A stretch of 42,965 nucleotides of DNA from Lama guanicoe (lineage: Eukaryota), in contig MU053966.1 in the NCBI GenBank assembly GCA_013239625.1, forward strand, positions 1 to 42,965, given 5' to 3'. The position numbers were made by a program, and so were the translations under genes. Positions within the stretch are counted from its first letter, which is position 1; each line of letters begins with the position of its first letter. Of the stretch, positions 11,101 to 22,361 are shown one piece after another. The notes beneath the pieces were generated by a model, which saw nothing but the letters and a program-made list of their open reading frames with translations, ran no database searches and was not told the DNA's origin.

Positions 11101-14100
11101 ACCAGCTGTCCATCTTAGGCACCCTGGACTTGGCATCAGGCCTTAGGCTGCTGGGTTGACCTTCTATTCATCTTGGGTGTCCTGTGTGTCTTGGACTTGG
11201 CCTTGGCACTGAGCTACCAGGTCGACAAGTTGTCACCAGCATTTCTGGCTTCCTGAACTTGGCCTTGGACACTATACTGCTGAATCAACCAGCTGTCCAT
11301 CCCAAGAGTCCTGGACTTGGCCTCTAGTACCAGACTGCAGTTGACCAGCTGTATGTCTTGGGCCTCCCAGACTTAATCTAGGGTACTGGGGTGCTGGGTT
11401 ATCCAGCTCTTTGTACTAGGTGTTCTAGACCTAGCCTTGGGCGCAAAATTGCTGGGACTACCAGCTGTTTTCCCCAGGCCTGCTAGACTTGAACTTGGGC
11501 ACTTGTATTATAGCTAGAAGAACTATTCGTCCTGAGCATCCTAGACTTGGCCTTGGTCACCAGATTGCTGGGCTGACCAGCCGTCTCTCCAGGATAGTCC
11601 AGACTTGGCCTTTTGTGCCAGGCTGCCATGTCAACTAGCTGTCCCAGGCATCCTGGACTTGACCTCTACAGCCAATGTGCCAGAAGACCAGACCTTCCAG
11701 AAATCCTGGACTTGGCCTCAGGAATTAGGCTGCCAGGTTGACTTTCTTTCTGATCTGATCACCCTAGATTTGGCCTGTAGCCAAATCTAGCCAAATCTGA
11801 ATTGGCTGCCAGGTCAGTCACCTATCTTGGCCTTGGCCCTGGGCTGCCTGTTCAACCAGCTGTCTGTCCCAGGCTTGGCTTCTGAATTGGGCTGCCATGT
11901 TGGCCATTAGTTTGTCCTGGGCTTGCCATATTTGGCATTAGGTGACAAGCATCCTTTAGGCCAACCAGCTGCCATCCCAGGTGTCCTGAACTTGCCTCAG
12001 GTACCAGGCTGCTGAATAAAACAGCTGTTCATCCCAGGCAATCTGGACGTCTTGGACTTGGCCCCGGGCATGGGGCTGCCAAGTCAACCAGATGTGTGTC
12101 CTGCACATTCAAAACTCTCCTTGGGCAGCTGGCTGTTAAGTAGACCATTTTTCTGTCCCAGGTGTCATGAATTGGTATCGGGCATTAGGATGCCAGGGGG
12201 ATCAAGTATTCGTTCAGGGAATTTAGGACTTGGTCTCAGGCACTGGGCTACTAGGTTTGCCAGTCATGTGTTCTGAGGGTCCCTGCTTTGGCATTGGCAC
12301 CAGGCTGCTGAGTCAATAAGCTGTTTTCCCCAGGTGTCTCATGGATCCCAAACTTGACCAGGATGCCAGGCTGCCATGTTGACCAGCTATTTGTTCTAGG
12401 TGTTTCAGACTTCATCTTGGGCCCCAGGCTGCTAGTTCAGCTAGCTGTCCATATGGGGAATCCAAATTTGGCTTTGGGTATCAAGAAGCTAGCTCAACCA
12501 GCTGTTTGTCTGGGCATCTCAACTCAGCCTCAGGTGCCAGGCTGCTGGGATGACCAGTTGCCTGTTCTGGGCGTCCCTGGTGTGCCAGATTTTTTCTTGG
12601 GTGCTGAGCTGCTAGGTAGAATTGGCCTCCCACACCAGGTTGCTGGTTCAACCAACTGCTCATCTCAGGCATTGTAAACTTGACCTCGGGTGTTGGGTTG
12701 CCAGGGTGAATACGTGTCCATTTGGGCATCCAGGAATTGGCCTTGGGCACTAGGATACTGGGCTGTCTAGCTGTCTGTCATGGGCATCTCAAACTTGGCC
12801 TCTGGATTCAGGCTGTCATGTCAACCAGTATTTTATTTCAAGTGTGACATACTTGGTCTGGAGCGCTGAATTACCAAATCAATCATCTGTCCATCCTGGG
12901 CCTTCTGAACTTTACCTCAGGTGCAGGCCACTGGGCCTACCAGCTGTTTATTCTGTGTAACCCTGACTTGGCCACAGTTCCCAGGCTGCCAAATAGACTG
13001 GCTGTTCATCCTGAGCTTCCTGGGCGTCCCAGACTTGTCCTTAGACTTCAGACAATTATGTTAACCAGCTGTCCGCCCAGAGGATCACAGTCTCATCCTA
13101 GGGTTGCACGCTGCTCGGTCAATCGTTGTTTGTACGTTTTCCCTGACTTGGCCTTGAGCACTATGCTGCTGGGTTGACCAGTTATCCATCCTGGGCATCC
13201 CAAGCACCCAGGACTTGGCTTTGGGTTCTAGGTTTCCTGGTGACCAGCAGTCTGATTTGGGCTCCTCAGCATCCAAGATTTGGCTTCAGGCACTGGCTGC
13301 CAAGTCAGTCAGTTGTTTGCTTGGGGTTTCTTGGGCATTCTGGACTTGGTCTTGGGTGCTGGAGTCTGGGTCAACCAGCTGTTCATCAGAATGTTCTGGT
13401 CTTGGCCTCAGGACTGGGCTGCCAGATTGACCAGCTGTCTGTCCCAGGCATCCCAAACATCCTGAACATGTCATTGCTCACTGGGCTGCTGGGCTGTCCA
13501 GCCATTTTTTGGTGGTGGGGCATCCCAGATTTGGTTTGACGGCCAGACTGCTGCACAGACCAGCTGTTCATCCCAGGTATCCCATGCATCAAAAGTTTGT
13601 CTTGGGCATCAGGCTGCAGGGTTCATACGATGTCCCTCCCAGGCATCACAAACTTGGCCTTGGGTGCTGGGCTACTGGGTTTATTAGCTAGCTGTCCATC
13701 CAGGGCATCCCAGATTGGCCTCAGGCACTGGGCTGCCAGGTCAACCAGCAGTCCATCCCGGGCATCCAGAGGTGGCCACAAGTTCTGGGATCCCAGGTGA
13801 CCTGTATTCCCAATCTTGGCTGTCCCAGGCTTTCTGTATTCCCAGACTTGGCTTCAGGCACTATGCTGACGGGTTGACCAGATCTCTCTCTGGGGTGCCC
13901 CAGACGTGGTTTTGGGCACCTGGCTTTCAGGTAAACCAGCTGTCATTTCAAGGTGTCTTGGACTTTGTTTCAGGCACTAGGCTGGCCAGGTGACTTTCTG
14001 GATCTTGTGCATTCCAGATGTGGCATTGGGCGCTGAGCTGCTAAGTTGACCAGCTGTCACAGTAGTCCTTAACATGGCCTTGGGTGCTAGGCTGTGAGGT

Positions 14101-15795
14101 CAACAAGCTGTTCATCCTGGCATCTCAGGTGGTCCAGACATGGCCTCAGAAGCCAAGTTGTTGGGTCATTTAGCTGTCTTTCCCAGCCATCGTGTACCAG
14201 GCTCCCTGGCTGACTAGCTCTCTGAGACATCCTGGACTTGGCCTCAGACCCTAGTTGCCAGGTTGACCAGCAGTCTGTATTGGAAATATCAAAATTGGCC
14301 TCATTGCTATGTTACTAGGTCAACCAGTTATTCAACCCAGGCATATCCAACTTGGCCTTGGTGTCATTCTGCTGGGTTGACCAGCTATTTTCCCCTGGCA
14401 CAATGCTGCCAGGTCAGCCTGCTCTCTGTGCTGGTTGTCATGAACCTGACTTTGGCTTGCTGTTTGTCCCTGGTGTCCCAGGTGTGACTTAGGCACTGAA
14501 CTGCTGTGTCAACCAGCTTTCTGCTCTGACATCTCAGGTATTCTGGACATGGCCTTGGGCATTGGATTGCTAGGTGACCAAGCAGTAGTCTGTTCCAAGT
14601 TTACCATGTGTCCCAGACTTGGCCTCAGACACTGAGTGGCTGAGAGACCAACTGTTCATCCCAGGCATCCTGAACTTTGCCTTGGTGCCAGGCTGCTGGG
14701 TCAACCAACTGTTCATACCAGCTGTCCTGGACATAGCCCTTGGTGATGGGCTGTCAGGTCAAGCAGTCGTCTGTCTCAGGCATTCCCAGTGTCAGCCTTA
14801 GTGCCAAGCTCCTGGATGATCAGGTTTTTATCCTGGGCATCCTGGACATTCCACACTTGGCCTCAGGTGACAGGCTGCTGGGTTGACCAGCTGTTTGTCT
14901 CAGGGATCTCGGACTTGGCCTCAGGGCCTGTACTGCCTGGTGACAGCTGTCAATCCTGGGTGTTTTGTGCATCAGGCCCTCAATGGCTGGGTTAACTAAC
15001 TGTGCATCCTGGGCATTCTGAATGTCCTGGTGTTGGCCTTGAGTGTCAGGCTGCTGGGTCAACCACCAATCTGTCTTGAGTATCCCTTGCATCTCCAAAG
15101 TGTCCTCAAGCACTGGGCAGCCAAATTGACTAGCTGTCCATCCTAGGCACCCAGATTTGCCTTGGGCATCAGGCTTCTGACCCAGAAGCAATTATTGGAC
15201 CAGCAGTTCTACCTACTTGACTCAGATTTACTTCAGCACTGGGCTGCCAGTGCAACCAGTTGTCTGCTCAGGGCGTCCCAGACTTGGTCTCTGGCCCCAG
15301 ATTACTGGATCAAAGAGCTCTCTGTCTGGGGCATTCCAAATGTGGTTTTGGGCACCAGGCTGCTGGGTCAAATAGCTGTCTGTCCCACATGTCCCAGTTT
15401 TGGCCTCAGTGCAAGGCTGTTGGGAAAAGCTGTTCATTCCTGCCATCCCATGTGTCCTGAACTTTCCCTCAGGCACCAGGCTGCCGGGCCAGCCACCTGT
15501 CTGTCCTGGGCATCCTGGGTATCCCGGGCTTGACATTGGGTGCTGTGCTGTCAAGCTGACTAGCTCTTCATATAAGGGGTCTTGTGCATCCCAAATTTTG
15601 CCTCACATGACAAGCTGCTGGTCAACTCGCTGTCCATCCTGTGTTCTGAACTTGGCCTTGAGAGCCTAGCTGCCAGGCCAACCATTTGTCAATCCCAGGC
15701 ATCCTGAATTTAGCCTAGGATGCCTACCTGCTGGGTTGACTGGCTGGCTGTCCAAGGCAGCAGTTACATTCCCTTAGGCTCTGGGCTGCCATTTC
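8120..15795 (+). repeat. Degenerate tandem array of 58-bp units (67 bp when a 9-bp sub-repeat is doubled), each with a decayed Pol I terminator Sal box; probable rDNA intergenic-spacer relic
   Basis: The motif GACTTGGCCTYRGGYRCYRGGCTGCYRGGTYRACCAGCTGTCYRTCCYRGGYRTCCYR recurs throughout. GACTTGG-like anchors at 9051, 9115, 9172, 9230 and 9297 give spacings of 64/57/58/67. Intact AGGTCGACCAGCTGTCC at 10564. Confidence 0.9.
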
Positions 15796-15809
15796 TATTA
15801 AAGAAATGT

Positions 15810-15890
15810 GTGGACAGAGAGGGATGGAGGGAAGAGAAACAGAGACAGAGACAGATTGAGAGACAGAGAAATTGAGACATTAAGAGACGG
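15810..15890 (+). repeat. GA/GACA-rich low-complexity microsatellite
   Basis: gagaaacagagacagagacagattgagagacagagaaattgagac. Confidence 0.75.
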
Positions 15891-15939
15891 GGGGTTGGGT
15901 ACACAGGAGCGAGTGAACGAGATGGAAACCACAGACTTC

Positions 15940-16848
15940 TTTGCCAGAGCTGGAGGGAGCACCACCTGCAGAGCTGGATCCAGGGCCAGATCCAGAACTA
16001 GAATCAACTTCAGCACCAGCTGTTGTACCAGCCCCTGAGTTAGAGCTAGCCACTGCCAGGGCTGGTTCCAGAGTCGGGGCCACCACGTCCCCTGAGCTCC
16101 AGCCGGCTCTACCATCAGCTCTGGCACGAACTCCAGGACAGGGACTGCTGTATGATCCACTCCCGTGTCTGCTGTGGCAACTGCTCTAGCACCAGCTCCA
16201 GATATAGAACCATCTCCCAAGGTAATTACAGACATAGGATCCACACTAAGTTCTGAGCCATAGCAGCTCCAGCTCTAGCGCCAAGTCATGAGCCGGAGTG
16301 TACACCAGCGTCAACTTCTGCCCCAGCTCAGAACCAGAGCCAGCTCCAGCATGAGCTGGAGTTACGGCCAGTGTCAGTTCCAGAACTGGAACCAGCTGAA
16401 GCGCCGACTCCAGCACCAGCACCAGCTCTACAAACAACTCTGGAGATGGATGCAGCTCTCTCACTGACTCCCACGCCAGCTTTAGCGTTAGCTGCAGAGC
16501 TGGTGCCAGGTCCACCACCAGCCCCAGCACCAGCCCCAGAGCTAGAGCTACTGCACGCTTTACACCCGGAACCGATTCGGAGAGCAGAGACACAGCCATC
16601 CCAGAGCTAGAGACCTGTTGGAGCCCTGCGCCAGGTCCGTGACCAGCGACAGCAGCAGCTCCACCATCAGATCCAGCTGCACCTCGAGCTCAAGCTGCTT
16701 CAGTGCCAGCCGCAGCTGGAGCCCCCCAGCACCTGCTTCTGAGCCAGAGCCGACTTCAACACCGGTCCTCACATCATGTCCAGATCCAGACCCAGCTCCA
16801 GTTCCAGGGTCAGAGCCAGCGCGTCATGTGAGGTAGAGCCAGCTCTGG
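15940..16848 (+). repeat. Degenerate hexamer tract (CCAGAG/CTGGAG/CTAGAG/CCAGCW), inferred ancestral (CCGGAG)/(CCGGCN)n
   Basis: 6-nt periodicity produces PE/PA/LE dipeptide pseudo-ORFs with frame changes and stops. Confidence 0.7.
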
Positions 16849-19099
16849 TATCTCTGTTATGTTCTTCTCTAACGTTTATTTTTTAGGTTTACTTTGCTCT
16901 TTTTCACAAAGGGTACCTTCTAACTAACTCCTAGCAATAGCCAGCCTCAGGAGCCCCCTCTCCATGGTGAGTGGCCCGGGCTCGCCAGGCACCTCGCTCC
17001 CAACCTGCCAGCCCAGACCACCTCCGGGCTTGGCTCACTGACCCTCCCTTCTGGCCGGGCACGATTCCTGACAGTGGACAGGCTGCCCCGGACTCCTGTG
17101 GACCACTTTGCTGCCTTAGATGCCTTCTGCTCTCTGGGACCCAGAGGACTAGCTAACCTTAGCTCAGGAGCACTGCCAGTGGTCGTACTGCCCTGCCTGC
17201 TGCCAGGTGCTGCCCCCGTACACTTCCTTCATTCCTTCACAGGTGCTGGTCGTCGCCATCTGGGCCCACAGGCAGCCTAGGGCACCCACTCAGCCACTGG
17301 GTCTGACAGCGGCAGCTCCCTTATGTCGTAACAGCACCTGCCCGTGACCCTCCTAGGGGTCCTGGCCCTGTCTCCTACCGCTCCAGCCTTTCTCAGGCTA
17401 GATGGGATCTCAGAGACGCCATGCTCAAGGCCAGCTGCGAGTCAGAGTCTTACCTACCTCCGCACCCTGCGCTGCCCCCCCCCGTAAAGGCGAGGCCCCC
17501 CCACATACCTTGGTCTTCACCAGGTGAGGAGGGGCAGCCGGGTCCCACTGAGGTTACCTGGTGGCACCGTAAGTGCCAGGCATCAAGGACTTCGTGAGAC
17601 CACAGGAGGTGGGGCCAGTGGGAAGGGGAGATTTCAGAGGACGTGAGAGGATGATTGATTTTTTGGATACAAGGTTAAAAAAAGTTTACTATTATTGTAA
17701 ACAGCAAAACTTGCACTTGAATGTTATATCAAAATCCCACTTTCGCTACAGCCTGGGAGATGTGATTTTGTGTTCTTTCATTTCTTGTGTTTAAAATGAG
17801 ATGGACACGCTCAGTCCTCATTCAGTGTCTTGCAGGGTCATTAGTTTATTGTGTGCAGAAGTGAGAAAGGCCAGCCTTCTCTGAAGGACGTGCCCACGTC
17901 CACCTTCCACAGAAACTTTTATTTCAGTGTCATTAAGCTGGACGAGGAGCTGAGGCAGCCCCTCAGAACCCAGGGGATTCGGAGGTTGAAGGCACTTGCA
18001 CAGGCACAGCAACAGCTGCTGAAATTTGAGCATCTTTAAAAGGGACCCTTGCCCGGGCTGTTTCCCGTCCCCGGACAATGGCTGCCTTTCTACACTTCAG
18101 AGGAAGAGCAGCTTTCTACTTCTCCTGCTGAGGTGTCCTTTGACCACCAGTTGGGAAAACTGCAGATCAAACTCTGCAATTCCACGAGCCCAAGTCGGGG
18201 AAATGTATACAAGACAAAAACATACAACGTGGAAAGGAACAAGCCAGAGTAAGATTACTGGCAACCAGGCTGAGGGCAGACAGGGCCTTCCATCATCGTC
18301 CCCCTTCTCCCAAGGTCAGCACTTAGCCTGAACTTGAATACTCCTCTGACCTCAGAATTCCTTTTCCTGGTTTTTTTTTTTTTTTTTTGTTTTTAAATCC
18401 AGGGGAAAGATCTGTGATGCAGAGTTTAGGGCTACAGCCAGGTGTCTTTCTGTAAGTGTCCCTGCTGCCTGTGTACAGGGATTTCCCGAATCCCTGCCAT
18501 GCCCTGTGCAATCATTTTAACCCAGACATGCCCTAGATGCCGCCTGTCCCCCGTCGGGTACACCCTGGCCACCCCCCTCTGGCTGGGTGGGGCCCGGTGA
18601 ACGTCCTTTGGTTACGTCACAGGGATGGGGAAAGATGCAGCCTGATGGACGGGGAGGGGGTGTACTGCCAGGACCAGCGATACGTGGGCAGCACAGACAC
18701 GTCTCTCCCCGTCAGACACCCAGGTGGGAAACACACACTGCCCTGAGCTCACCCAAGCGCCCTCCTGGGGCTTCTCCCAGGACTGAAAGCTAAAGGGTTA
18801 ACACCAGGCACAGCAGGAGGTCCCAGGACCTTACACAGCCTTCAGTCTGCACCCTGTCAGAATACACAGCCTGTAAGAGCAAGAGATAGACCAATGGTGG
18901 GGCAACTCTGAGTTACCCTTTCCTCCTCAATGGCTATAGGTGTCACTCAGACACACAGCAAGGCTCACCTCTGCCAGGCCCCAAGTGATTGTGCAAGGAT
19001 GTTGTTGAGTGCAAGTGGGTGTGCAAGAAGCAGACACAGAAAAGAGCAAAATGGAGCAAATGATTGTTGAACCACACAGAGAGATTGTAATGGAGTTGA

Positions 19100-19427
19100 T
19101 TTTTTTTTTCTATTTGCTTTAGTTTTATTTATTTTTTTATCATAACATTTTGTGTATATTTCCCTGTGCTATACAGTGTAATCTTGTTTATCTATTCTAC
19201 AATTTTGAAATCCCAGTCTATCCCTTCCCACCCTCTACCCCCCCCGTAACCACAAGTCTGTATTCTCTGTCCATGAGTCTATTTCTGTCCTGTATTTATG
19301 CTTTGTTTTTGTTTGTTTGTTTGTTTTTGTTTTTTAGATTCCACATATGAGCGATCTCATATGGTATTTTTCTTTCTCTTTCTGGCTTACTTCACTTAGA
19401 ATGACATTCTCTAGGAGCATCCATGTT
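19100..19427 (-). mobile_element. Lineage-specific (camelid-type) L1 3' end fragment
   Basis: Poly-T head followed by ttccctgtgctatacag ... ttagattccacatatgagcgatctcatatggtatttttctttctctttctggcttacttcacttagaatg. Confidence 0.8.
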
Positions 19428-19995
19428 GGGTTATTGATGGCTTAGTGGAATTTGGATTCTGCAGAATTAATGTGCAAGGAAAGATTGATAAATCAGCACA
19501 AACGGGCAAAGAGTGGTTGTTTTGCAGCAAGTGTGCAAGCATTGACTCTCAAATGGTACACACTGGGATGCAGGAGAAGCCAGAAGGAGCAGAATAGTGA
19601 AGAATGGTTGATAACCTGGCCTCAGTGAGTGTTCAAAGTGCCTCTTGCAGTGAGTGTGCAACAAGACATTGCTGAATAGCACACAGTGGGTTGTGAGAAT
19701 AGAAAGCCTGATGGCGAGCATGGGAGAAGCAATTATTAAATGCTGCAGGAGTGTGCTGGAGCGAAATCAGGGTGCACACGCATTAGACTTGTTGTTGAAC
19801 TGCACATGGAGTGTGTAAACAGTGACTCTGAATGGCAAATAGGTGTGCAAAGTGTGAGGTCAACTGGAAATGCCGGACACTGGCTTTTGAACTACACAAC
19901 GCGTGTGCAGGCAGACATCGCTGAACGTCAGAGCGGGCCTGTGGGAAGTGGGCACTGGCCGAAGCAGACGGACCACTGACTCTGCAGGGGGCAAC

Positions 19996-20385
19996 CGCAA
20001 TGTTCCATCTGATGTGCCTGTGTGGCCAGGCCATGGTGCCAGGTTGTTTGGCTAAATGCCAGTCTGGACGTTGCTGTGAAGGCATCTTTTATATGTGACT
20101 GATATTTAATTCAGCACAGTGTGGGTGGGCCTCATCCAGTAAGTTGAAGGTCTTAAGAGCAAGGGACCTAGGTTCCCCAAAGAAGTGATTCTGCCTTCAG
20201 GCTGCAACCCAGAAACCCCACCTGAGTGTCCAGCCTTCAGCCTCAAGACTGCAATGTCTGCTCTTCCCTGGGTCTCCAGCCTGCCCTGCAGACTTCACAC
20301 TCGTCATCCCCCGACACCTCTCTCCCTCTCTCTCTACATACACATATTCTATTGGTTCCATTTCTCTGGAGAACCCTGAAACTGT
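19996..20385 (+). mobile_element. MLT2-type (ERVL) LTR
   Basis: ggccaggccatggtgccaggttgtttgg ... gggtgggcctcatccag ... tattctattggttccatttctctggagaaccctga, typical MLT2 termini. Confidence 0.8.
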
Positions 20386-21524
20386 GATGACTGAGTAGCA
20401 CATAGGTGTGCAAGACCTATGTGGAAACTGGATGGCCCACACAAGTGTGCAGAGTTTAAAAGCTAGAACAGTCTGCAATGATTGAGTTTTGTTTGGCACA
20501 GGGGTGAGAAGCAAGGTTTGGAAGTTGGATGGGGCAGAGTAAGTGCACAAATCACTCCTTGTTAAATGGTGAATAAGGGGTGTGCAAGGAGTAGATGCTG
20601 GATGGCGCAGAACAGGTGTACGAAGTGTGGAAGAGGCCCAGGTTCCAGCCGGCCTTTCGGGTCCCTCCTGGCCTGCGGGATGGGACCAAGACCCTCTCCC
20701 TCACTGCGCACGCAGCTTCAAGGGCGGGCTTGGGTCTCCAGAGGGGGAAGGTGGTGCTGCAGAGAGCACGAGGGCGATGAGCTCACTGGTGCTTTGTCTT
20801 GCTTACTTGCTCCCAACAAGGCCCAGATGGCAGTGTGAATGTGTGAATGATGTACCTGTGACACCTGGGGGGCCTGCACGCTGGACAGCGCGTGAGATCT
20901 GCCTAGAGCCCTGGCCAAGAGACATCTCTGGCTCAGGATCCTGTCGGGGAGGAGGGAGGCACTGGCCAGTGGAGGGAGGGCGGGCTCTATGTAAATACTG
21001 TCTAGTGTTGGATAGAGACACAGGCCTTAGGTCCTGGGGCTGCCCTGGGCCCAAGTGTCTCCCCCCACCCTGGGGGGCTTGCTTTAGTGGGACTTAGGCA
21101 GGGATGTGGTAATAGGGCATCCCTGTGATGGGGGCCCTGCGAGACAAGCCAGCTGCCTGCAGTGTTAAGGATGGGAACCTATCAGCTTGGGTGCTGGCCT
21201 TTGCCAAGGGAAGGCGGGGGGGGTGGGGATCCAAGAAAACCCAGCCACACGCCACCCCCACTTCGAAATCCCCAACACATTCCCAGCCTCCTCACTGTGG
21301 GTCAAGTGACCAACGCCTCCTCACCCACCCTCTCAATGGATCCAGAGTGCCCAGTCCTGGCTGGGCCTCACAAGGAACCTGGACCCTCTGGACAAGCATC
21401 AAGGTCCCAGGGATACCAACAGACAGGACATATTAGACCCCTAAAAGCAGACACTGTGCCTGGGACACTGAGGTGACAAGGTTCAGTGGGGAGGTGACAT
21501 GTCCTGGGCCACACAGGACAGAGC

Positions 21525-21530
21525 TTTATT
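21525..21530 (-). terminator. JMJD4: Candidate polyadenylation signal (AATAAA) of JMJD4
   Basis: TTTATT on the + strand, ~95 nt downstream of the JMJD4 stop codon. Confidence 0.6.
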
Positions 21531-21623
21531 GCTAGAAGGGACTCTGGAGCAGGGTGAATGCCTCCCACACTGGTGCCTCCAGCATCCCTCATGACATGTT
21601 GCAGTCAGTTCTCACGACGTGCA

Positions 21624-21926
21624 CTAAAGGGACACGGTGGCGGCCACGACTTCCTCCAGCTGCTGCAGGAGCTCCTCTGGCTGTGGTGAGAACGCGCTGG
21701 TATCCACTCTCTGGAAGTCAGGGTGGGCCACCAGGCACTCCAGCACCTCAGCTATGCGGCCGACATCAAAAGCGGCCTGCTGGGGGCGCAGCCCACAGCC
21801 CTTGCTACCCTCCACCTGGCCAGGGTCCACGCCCTCAGCCAGGAAGCGCAGCCTCCTTTCAGCGATGACCTTCAGGAAGTGATAAAAGTCCTCGAAATTG
21901 ATGCCGGAGCACGACTTCATCATGAC
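21624..21926 (-). CDS. JMJD4: JMJD4 coding exon 6 (last, includes TAG stop)
   Basis: CAG acceptor; VMMKSCSGINFEDFYHFLKVIAERRL...AFDVGRIAEVL...HPDFQRVDTSAFSPQPEELLQQL...*. Confidence 0.95.
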   Translation of the reverse strand, partial: VMMKSCSGINFEDFYHFLKVIAERRLRFLAEGVDPGQVEGSKGCGLRPQQAAFDVGRIAEVLECLVAHPDFQRVDTSAFSPQPEELLQQLEEVVAATVSL

Positions 21927-22361
21927 CTGGGTCAGAAAGAGCAGCCAGTGAGCTGCCACTCACGCACGGCTCTGGGCAAGCTCTTGCCCACCTTGTACAG
22001 AATTTTGGCTATGAAGGGCCCTGGGCACGGCCTAGCCCTCAGGATGGAGGCAGACACCCAGGGGCCAGCCAGCCATCAAGCGCGTCTGAGTCCTGCAGTC
22101 TGGAAGGCCCAGTGACCTGCCTCGGTCCCAGACTCTCGCTCACAGAGGTAGGTCCGGTGGCCACCCCCCACCCTCCCAAAGACTGCAGCTCTGGCCCTAG
22201 GAGACCACACCCTCCCGTGGGACCGCAGGCTGTCCTGGTGGCTCCTCCACACCCTCCCCCCGCTGAGGCCTCGGCCCTGGTGAGGCCCATACCCGTCCTC
22301 CCACTGTAGCTCCGGTGAGCCTCCCCGCGCGCCCCGCTCCTGCTCAGACCAGCCGTCCCAC

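Noticed and set aside
8120..15795. Many short ORFs, and a superficial resemblance to a CRISPR array or repetitive protein gene
   Set aside because: Unit lengths of 58 and 67 are not multiples of 3 and stops are frequent. The whole unit is repeated with no unique spacers, and the DNA is mammalian.
15941..16836. Pro/Glu/Ala-rich ORFs as a real protein
   Set aside because: Frames shift and stop repeatedly, no splice structure or domain is recognised, and hexamer periodicity explains them.
17230..17570. Possible Pol I initiator-like (AGGTGCTG...) and CTCF-like (ACCTGGTGGCAC) motifs
   Set aside because: The matches are short and partial, and expected by chance in GC-rich DNA.
17818..18331. Short ORFs and minus-strand AATAAA motifs suggesting a terminal exon
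   Set aside because: No recognisable homology, and the most plausible frame is closed by an upstream stop.
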